The notes beneath the pieces are model-generated. The model was not told the origin of the DNA and ran no database searches. It worked only from the letters and a program-made list of their open reading frames with translations. Source: an uncultured Alphaproteobacteria bacterium (GTDB lineage: Bacteria > Pseudomonadota > Alphaproteobacteria > Rs-D84). From it: a DNA stretch of 64,000 nt. A program made the translations under genes and the position numbers. Shown here piece after piece: positions 58,088 to 64,000 of this stretch; within the stretch, counting starts at the first letter, position 1, and every line of letters begins with the position of its first letter. Where the stretch lies: contig CAMHTQ010000001.1 in NCBI GenBank assembly GCA_946188105.1, forward strand, positions 85,026-149,025, given 5' to 3'.

Positions 58088-59848
58088 ATGAAAAATTACA
58101 TATTACCTCTTCGTGACCTTGTTGTACATCCTGGATTGACAATGCCAATATATTTGGATAATCCAGCATCCGTTGATTGTCTGAAAACTGCATCCAGTTT
58201 CGGACAAAAAATTGTATTGGTTCCCCAACGTTCTTGGGGATATCCCACATGCGAGGATGACATGTACGACACCGGCACAATCGGTGATATTGTTCAGATA
58301 TTGAATTTACCTGATGGATCCGTTCACTCTATCATAAAAACCACCGATGCGGTTAAACTTTCTGATATTAAATTGGTTGACGGTGTATTTATGGGTGATG
58401 TAACCAAACTGGAATTATTAGACGACAGCCAGTTCGAGCAAACAATCGCCCTGCGCGATAAAATAACCGAAAACTTACGCAGTTTGGCCGGTTCTAAGAA
58501 AATCAAAATGGAAAAGATTTACAATGTCGTCCGCAACTATCCACTACCTGCATTTATTGACAGTGTGATTCAAATGCTGGATATCGACACAGATACCGCA
58601 ATTCAAATTTTATCTGCTAACAGCTGGCGCGAAAAACTGATTATCTTGCTGGAACAGGTCAACCTGTGTGCAGAAACCACTAAAATCGAGGAAAACATCA
58701 ATCGTCGCATTCATCAACAAATGGAAAACGGACGCAAAGAGGCAATTTTGCAGGAAAAACTGCGTGCCATCCAACATGAAATGGGCGAGGATAATGACGA
58801 GGCCGACACCGCCAGTATGCGTAAAAAAATTGAAAGTGCCAAATTGCCTGACGATGTTATGGAAAAGGCAAAATCAGAATGGAAACGTATGCGTTCAATG
58901 TCCCCTATGTCCCAAGAAGGCGGTTTGATAAAAAATTATCTCGAAGAATTATTATCTATGCCGTGGGGCAAATCTGTTCAGGCAACCATCGACCTGAACA
59001 ACGCGCGTGAAATTTTGGATGCTGAACATTCTGGTATGAAACCGGTCAAAGAACGCATTTTGGAACATATTGCCGTTATGAAAAAAACCGGCACCCCACG
59101 TGGCAGTATTTTATGTTTTGTTGGCGCCCCAGGTGTTGGTAAAACATCACTTTGCAAATCTATTGCAACTGCCCTGGGTCGTAAATATCAACGAATTTCA
59201 TTGGGTGGAATTTCTGATGAATCACATTTTCGTGGCCACAGAAAAACATACATTGGTGCCCAAACAGGTCGTATCATGGACGCATTAAAACGTTGCAAAA
59301 CAAACAACCCTGTTATTGTTTTGGACGAAATCGATAAAATGGGCCGCGATTGGCGTGGCGATCCAGAATCTGCATTACTGGAAATTTTGGATCCAGAACA
59401 AAACAAATCTTTCCGCGACCATTACCTAGAGGTTGATTTTGATTTATCCAATGTTTTGTTTATTGCAACTGCGAACTCTTTAAATATGTCATCTGCATTA
59501 AAAGACAGAATGGAAATCATAAATGTCCCTGGATACAGCGAAGATGACAAGGTTCAAATTGCTCGTGAACATTTAATTAAACGCGTGGCTAACGACAACG
59601 GATGGAATGTTGATAATATAATTATTTCGGACGATGCATTGCGTCACATTATTCGTAATTACACATCCGAAGAAGGTGTCCGTGGATTACAACGAGAATT
59701 GGCAACATTATTACGCAGACAATTATTGGCTAATGATGGTATGGATACACCAACCGAATTTACAATCGAAAAAATAGACGAACTGTTATCTATACGCAGT
59801 TGTGCTGAATCTACGCATAAAATTGGTTTTGGAATGCGAGTACAATAA
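58088..59848 (+). CDS. Lon-like protein: Lon N-terminal domain plus AAA+ ATPase, lacking the S16 protease domain
   Basis: LON N-domain (ILPLRDLVVHPGLTMPIYL), coiled coil, Walker A FVGAPGVGKTS, Walker B VIVLDEIDKM, and sensor region ..ATANSLN. The ORF ends at ..HKIGFGMRVQ*, where the Lon protease domain would start. No KDGPSAG/Ser-Lys dyad is present in any frame before tsaB. Confidence 0.7.
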   Translation: MKNYILPLRDLVVHPGLTMPIYLDNPASVDCLKTASSFGQKIVLVPQRSWGYPTCEDDMYDTGTIGDIVQILNLPDGSVHSIIKTTDAVKLSDIKLVDGVFMGDVTKLELLDDSQFEQTIALRDKITENLRSLAGSKKIKMEKIYNVVRNYPLPAFIDSVIQMLDIDTDTAIQILSANSWREKLIILLEQVNLCAETTKIEENINRRIHQQMENGRKEAILQEKLRAIQHEMGEDNDEADTASMRKKIESAKLPDDVMEKAKSEWKRMRSMSPMSQEGGLIKNYLEELLSMPWGKSVQATIDLNNAREILDAEHSGMKPVKERILEHIAVMKKTGTPRGSILCFVGAPGVGKTSLCKSIATALGRKYQRISLGGISDESHFRGHRKTYIGAQTGRIMDALKRCKTNNPVIVLDEIDKMGRDWRGDPESALLEILDPEQNKSFRDHYLEVDFDLSNVLFIATANSLNMSSALKDRMEIINVPGYSEDDKVQIAREHLIKRVANDNGWNVDNIIISDDALRHIIRNYTSEEGVRGLQRELATLLRRQLLANDGMDTPTEFTIEKIDELLSIRSCAESTHKIGFGMRVQ

Positions 59849-59851
59849 ATT

Positions 59852-60187
59852 ATGGCTATATTTCATGAGGTTATAGAATACATTTCCAATTGTAAAAATA
59901 TACTCCGGCAAATATCCGTATATGGCGATAATTTAGAATTTGAAACATGGATTTATTCTGATATTATAAAGATAAACGATGAATTTTCGTTACGGACACC
60001 CGACATCTATTTCGATGTTGTGAAATACGAAACTTTGCTGGGGGACACCCCTTACAGATTTGTACTTCATAATGAATCCGAATTAATGCCGTATCCTAAA
60101 AACAGAAAATTATTCAACCGCATATTTGCACCAATAATTTTTCGTGCATGTGCAAAAAGATATAAAAAACGAGAAAAGCAAAAATGA
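59852..60187 (+). CDS. Hypothetical protein (111 aa)
   Basis: ORF occupying the position where a Lon protease domain would be expected; no similarity to it. Confidence 0.4.
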   Translation: MAIFHEVIEYISNCKNILRQISVYGDNLEFETWIYSDIIKINDEFSLRTPDIYFDVVKYETLLGDTPYRFVLHNESELMPYPKNRKLFNRIFAPIIFRACAKRYKKREKQK

Positions 60188-60729
60188 TTCTTATTATAAA
60201 CACCGCAACAAATGGTATTGATTTGGTTTATGGCGATATTTCAGAACATATTGATGCTGAAAAACAGGCAATCGCCCTGCCCACTGCGGTTGAAACTTTT
60301 TTGAAAACAAATAATATATCCTGGCAAGATTTAAACGCAATCGGAATCATTGTTGGCCCCGGCAGTTTTACCGGAATCCGTTTGGGAATTGCGTATGCCA
60401 AAGGTTTAGGCATCGGATTAAACATACCTGTTATTCCAATCAATCTTTTTGAATTGTATTTGGCAGAATTTCCTGATGCATTTGTGGCATTGGAATCTGG
60501 TCGTGGTGATTTCTTTGTTGCCGCGAAAAATCTGGAACCATGCACAATGGAAATCGAAGAATTGGAAACACGACAAATGGATTGGCCACAAACTGTTGGA
60601 CACAAACCATTTAATTTAAAATTGGCAACAGACATCGCAAAATCAAAACTGGAATCAGGAAAGCTGGAACCGGCAATTCCAATGTATTTACGGCCCAGTT
60701 ATGCCGAAGAAAAATCTAATGGGAAATAA
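60184..60729 (+). CDS. tsaB: tRNA t6A biosynthesis protein TsaB (YeaZ)
   Basis: ILIINTATNGIDLV...GIIVGPGSFTGIRLGIAYAKGL. Confidence 0.8.
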   Translation: MILIINTATNGIDLVYGDISEHIDAEKQAIALPTAVETFLKTNNISWQDLNAIGIIVGPGSFTGIRLGIAYAKGLGIGLNIPVIPINLFELYLAEFPDAFVALESGRGDFFVAAKNLEPCTMEIEELETRQMDWPQTVGHKPFNLKLATDIAKSKLESGKLEPAIPMYLRPSYAEEKSNGK

Positions 60730-60731
60730 AA

Positions 60732-61127
60732 ATGTATTCTGAACTAGAAAAACTTTATGCCGAATGTTTCCCAGAAAAAACTCACAAATGGGATGCCAAT
60801 GATTTCGCAGATTTGAAAAAATCTGGGTGCGACATAATTGCCAGTCAAAACAGTTTCGTTGTATGGAGAACAATCGCAGACGAGGCAGAAATAATTTCAA
60901 TCGGTGTATCACCAATTGCCCGCAGAACTGGAACTGCCAGTGCGTTAATGCAACTGGTTGAACACGATGTAAAACAAAACGGCGTTAAAAGTATTTTTCT
61001 CGAGGTTGATGAATTAAATATTCCTGCAATCGAATTATACCACAAATGCGGTTTTGACAAGGCGGGTGTCCGTCCACACTATTACGAAAATGGACACAAT
61101 GCAATCATTATGAAAAAGGATGTATAA
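60732..61127 (+). CDS. rimI: Ribosomal-protein-alanine N-acetyltransferase (GNAT)
   Basis: GNAT core ..IISIGVSPIARRTGTASALM...IFLEVDELNIPAIELYHKCGF; adjacent to tsaB as in the conserved tsaB-rimI pair. Confidence 0.78.
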   Translation: MYSELEKLYAECFPEKTHKWDANDFADLKKSGCDIIASQNSFVVWRTIADEAEIISIGVSPIARRTGTASALMQLVEHDVKQNGVKSIFLEVDELNIPAIELYHKCGFDKAGVRPHYYENGHNAIIMKKDV

Positions 61128-61442
61128 ATGCCAACAACTGAAAAAGCAATGTGTTTAACCATAACCCCAGCCAACGATATAATTATATTAGAATACATAT
61201 CGCCTGTTCCACAACGTATGCCGGCTGATTGGGATAAATTTATCCGCAGACAACGTGTTGCAGGGAAACCAAAAACTTTGATGGTCAGTAAATCCGAAAA
61301 ATATTATAACGATGTTTTGAACTTTCAACATGGTGATAAATTTTTAATTGAAAACAATCGTGTCGTATTAGGTCCAACCCCAGAAATAGAAATTCCATTT
61401 GGCGAATATGACATCAGCCGTTTCAAAGCACCAACCAGATAA
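61128..61442 (+). CDS. Hypothetical protein (104 aa)
   Basis: ATG immediately follows the rimI stop (TAAATG). Confidence 0.45.
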   Translation: MPTTEKAMCLTITPANDIIILEYISPVPQRMPADWDKFIRRQRVAGKPKTLMVSKSEKYYNDVLNFQHGDKFLIENNRVVLGPTPEIEIPFGEYDISRFKAPTR

Positions 61443-61464
61443 AGAAATTATTTTTATTTGTTAT

Positions 61465-61499
61465 AAAAAAACCGCCCAAAATATTGGGCGGTTTTAATT
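61465..61499. terminator. Bidirectional terminator
   Basis: CCGCCCAA-AATA-TTGGGCGG hairpin with A8/T4 runs. Confidence 0.65.
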
Positions 61500-61518
61500 G
61501 CATTATCTTTAAGCTTTA

Positions 61519-62337
61519 TTATTTACCCAAAGCATCGACAATTTGTTTGTATGGGATAGCACCTGGGAATGCCTTGTCATTTATGATCAAGAAAGGTGTT
61601 CCGTTGATTTCGAATTCTTGTGCCATACCACGAACATTTGCCAATTCACGTGTAACAACTTCGCCTTGCATATCAGCTTCTAATTGTTTCACATCCAAAC
61701 CAGCTTCTTTTGCGAATTTCAAAACGTTTGCTTTTACTTTGTCGCCCAATTTAGCTCTGTCTTTCATATCATCTTGAGAATAATATTCGTGTGTCATCAA
61801 AGTGCTGACCAAAGCAGCTGCTTTTGAATTGTCTTGCAATTTAGCAGCGATAACAGCACGTGCAGGAGCATCAGACAAATCGCCATGGATAGAGAAGTTT
61901 TTAACAACGATACGAACATCATTACGTTCTTTCAAAACTCTTTCTAATTCACCATGAACACGACGGCAGAATGGGCAAGAGAAATCTGTCCAAACAAATA
62001 TTGTCTTTTCAGCATCGACATTACCCAAAATTGGGGCATCGGCCATCATGCTTTCCGCACCAGATTTAACAGCAGCACGAATCGCTTTATTTTTTTCTGC
62101 AGCTTGTTGTTCTTGGATATTGTTTGCCATTTCCTGCAAAATCATTGGATTTACATTGGCCATGTAATATGGAACTACCAAACGTGCCATACAGCCAGAA
62201 ACCAAAACAATAGCAATCAAGTTAATGCATTTGTTTAACAAAGATTGATCTGCACCTTTACCAGTTTTGCCCAGGACAACGCCACCGAACAAGAACAAAG
62301 CAATTGCAACAATCAAAAGTAAAATTGTCCAAATCAT
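61519..62337 (-). CDS. DsbA-family thiol:disulfide oxidoreductase, membrane-anchored
   Basis: N-terminal TM helix and thioredoxin-fold active site FSCPFCRR. Confidence 0.7.
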   Translation of the reverse strand: MIWTILLLIVAIALFLFGGVVLGKTGKGADQSLLNKCINLIAIVLVSGCMARLVVPYYMANVNPMILQEMANNIQEQQAAEKNKAIRAAVKSGAESMMADAPILGNVDAEKTIFVWTDFSCPFCRRVHGELERVLKERNDVRIVVKNFSIHGDLSDAPARAVIAAKLQDNSKAAALVSTLMTHEYYSQDDMKDRAKLGDKVKANVLKFAKEAGLDVKQLEADMQGEVVTRELANVRGMAQEFEINGTPFLIINDKAFPGAIPYKQIVDALGK

Positions 62338-62402
62338 AGTTTTCTCCTTTTCTGTTGAACGATATAACCATAGAACAATTTAAAAAAAACGCAAACAAAA
62401 AA

Positions 62403-63044
62403 TTACTTATTTTGCAAAAAAATTCTAAAATTTGGAACAGACACGTCTTGTTGCCGGCACACACTTTCCAAGAATCGCAATGTTGTATTTAAATTTACAG
62501 GTAATTTGAATAACTTATCCCGATACGGTTCACCACATGTCGCACATACCGCCCGACCAGTACGTGGCGACAAATAAATTAAATTGTCCTCAGCATCACA
62601 ATTTGAACAATGCGACAAATCCAGCGCATAACCCAAATCACGCAACAAATTCAATTCCCATTGTAAATAAGATTCTGGATTTATATCCGATAAAGTTTTT
62701 ACTGTTGCATTATATAAATTTGTATATGCCTCACGCTCTGGCAAAAGTGTTTCAATCAATGCAAACATAGAATTCATAAACACCAACTTATTATTATCCA
62801 TCATCGCAGACAGGGCTAAATTTTTTTGTGCCTCGAAATGAAACACCCCCAGTTGCGAATCCAGACGTGCATTCCATGATGTCGCGCCCATTTGCCCAAC
62901 CAGATATTTATTTTTACTGTTTGCCCCTGCCCCACGCAACATTCCAGATAACACGCCATGCGATTCCGTAAAGATATGTGCGACCGCATCCCTTTCTCCA
63001 AAGGGCCTTAAACTGATAATAATGCCATTTGATTCTAATTTCAT
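62403..63044 (-). CDS. recO: DNA repair protein RecO
   Basis: N-terminal OB fold (MKLESNGIIISLRPFGERDAVAHIFTESHG), C-terminal zinc site CSNCD...CATCG. Start at ATG 63044. Confidence 0.8.
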   Translation of the reverse strand: MKLESNGIIISLRPFGERDAVAHIFTESHGVLSGMLRGAGANSKNKYLVGQMGATSWNARLDSQLGVFHFEAQKNLALSAMMDNNKLVFMNSMFALIETLLPEREAYTNLYNATVKTLSDINPESYLQWELNLLRDLGYALDLSHCSNCDAEDNLIYLSPRTGRAVCATCGEPYRDKLFKLPVNLNTTLRFLESVCRQQDVSVPNFRIFLQNK

Positions 63045-63081
63045 ACCGGCATTATGACATACGGAAAAAATTATAGCCAAT

Positions 63082-63116
63082 AAAAAATCCCGAACAAACG
63101 TCCGGGAATTTTTTTA
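63082..63116. terminator. Terminator after paralog E
   Basis: TCCCGAAC-AAAC-GTCCGGGA hairpin followed by ATTTTTTTAC. Confidence 0.6.
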
Positions 63117-63656
63117 CATTGTTCTTTTACGTTTTTCAATCGTAATAATATGCCACGGTAAATTAATAACCAATGGTTTTTTTGGTGTTTTTGGCTTTTT
63201 TGAAACGGACTGCGCATTATCGTTTTTCGTATTACCTTTATCCATCGCCGAACCAAAGACCGCCGAACGAAACGACGCGCCGACGCAGATGCGGGACGCG
63301 CAGTAGTACGCACAGTCGTACGCACAATAGGCAGCCGAACTGTACGTGATGTTGAAGACCCACGGGGCCCGGGACGAACCCTTTTTCTTTACACGACACC
63401 ATGCATTTGGTCCAAATTCTCCACTTGGATTACCAAACTCGGCATATTTACCACGGGTTGCAAATGCACCAATATGAAATTCCTCTATCTCTGAATTTTG
63501 TTCCTGCATCCATGCAAATATTTCTTTGACATATTCTATATTCCATATCTCTCCACCATGATATGTTGTTGCGGGTTTTCCACCAACCAACACGACAATC
63601 TTGCCCTTTTCGTCACATTTTACGGTTATATATCTATCATTTGGAATTTCTGTCAT
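63114..63656 (-). CDS. Paralog-family protein E (180 aa), dispersed copy with divergent C-terminus
   Basis: MTEIPNDRYITVKCDEKGKIVVLVGGKPATTYHG, FHIGAFATRGKY, NAWCRVKKKGSSRAPWVF. The tail ..NDNAQSVSKKPKTPKKP.. deviates from the QNKR family after NAQ. Confidence 0.6.
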   Translation of the reverse strand: MTEIPNDRYITVKCDEKGKIVVLVGGKPATTYHGGEIWNIEYVKEIFAWMQEQNSEIEEFHIGAFATRGKYAEFGNPSGEFGPNAWCRVKKKGSSRAPWVFNITYSSAAYCAYDCAYYCASRICVGASFRSAVFGSAMDKGNTKNDNAQSVSKKPKTPKKPLVINLPWHIITIEKRKRTM

Positions 63657-63710
63657 TTTTATATCCTTTTATATAAAAATATATTTAGCACAAATAACGC
63701 AACAATCAAT

Positions 63711-63748
63711 AAAAAACACCCGGGGTTCCCCGGGGTGTTTTTTTTAAT
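63711..63748. terminator. Strong terminator
   Basis: ACACCCGGGG-TTC-CCCGGGGTGT hairpin followed by T8. Confidence 0.75.
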
Positions 63749-63758
63749 ACCCAGAAAA

Positions 63759-64000
63759 TTATTCAGCATCGGCGGCTTTTTCTTCTGCAACTTCTGCTGG
63801 TTTTTCTTCTGCTTTAACTTCTTTCGCTTTTTCTTCTTTGACTTCTTCGGCTGGTTCTTCTTCAACTTTCTTGGTTCCAAAAGTCAATTTTTTACCAGCA
63901 ACCAAAGCATCGATTTCTTCTTGTGTTTGTGCAACATAGATTTTTACAGGCACAACAACATCAGCATGCAATGCGATTTTTGTATCAAATGCACCAATTG
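63759..64000 (-). CDS. 3' end of a gene whose N-terminus lies beyond the window; acidic Glu/Lys/Ala-rich C-terminal tail
   Basis: ..HADVVVPVKIYVAQTQEEIDALVAGKKLTFGTKKVEEEPAEEVKEEKAKEVKAEEKPAEVAEEKAADAE*. Possibly a ribosomal protein (L25/Ctc- or L9-like) with an alphaproteobacterial-style acidic extension, but not assignable from this fragment. Confidence 0.35.
   Translation of the reverse strand, partial: IGAFDTKIALHADVVVPVKIYVAQTQEEIDALVAGKKLTFGTKKVEEEPAEEVKEEKAKEVKAEEKPAEVAEEKAADAE

Noticed and set aside
63659-63880. Lys-rich 73-aa ORF (MEPRKLKKNQPKKSKKKKRKK...)
   Set aside because: It is the antisense reading of the Glu/Lys/Ala-rich tail of the 63759 gene; a mirror-image artefact.

Overview
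This is an AT-rich bacterial chromosome segment that is mostly housekeeping. It looks alphaproteobacterial (possibly a Rickettsiales/Holosporales-type intracellular lineage), judged from a two-piece permuted tmRNA, a C-terminally extended S2, and a prfB frameshift; that placement is inference. Recognisable genes are groEL (3' part), adk, rpsA, tig, rplM-rpsI, prfB (programmed +1 frameshift), tsf-rpsB, tyrS, polA, pth, obg, recO, tsaB-rimI, ctpA, msbA-like ABC exporter, a fused accD-accA, IHF, cdnL, pyruvate:ferredoxin oxidoreductase, rubrerythrin and a Lon-like protein with no protease domain. There are five tRNAs: Ser-CGA, Met-CAT, Ser-GCT, Leu with apparent anticodon AAG, and Arg-CCG. There are many hairpin-plus-T-run terminators. 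The most unusual region is a ~4.5 kb run of nine tightly packed co-oriented genes on the minus strand (37299-41739). Six successive genes end in the same in-frame C-terminal peptide (..NNAQNKR*), encoded by a conserved 20-50 bp DNA repeat that lies 4-14 nt upstream of the next start codon. The run contains four members of a five-member paralogous family (N-terminal 'YITINKDGIFVGGKPATTYRG', conserved His and W-[C/S]-R); the fifth copy is at 63114-63656. It also encodes an ACP domain fused in frame to a lipoprotein-like module, a Flp-pilin-like small protein and a methyltransferase-like protein. Other accessory content: a plus-strand island (4347-7079) with a SAM-methyltransferase, two unknowns, a truncated FtsK-like ATPase and a HhH-GPD glycosylase-like protein; secreted cysteine-rich proteins, one with eukaryote-like CxxC/CxPCPxG repeats; a Fic protein with a degenerate motif; and two well-supported small ORFs below the 60-aa ORF-track cutoff. 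No CRISPR array, transposase or integrase was seen.
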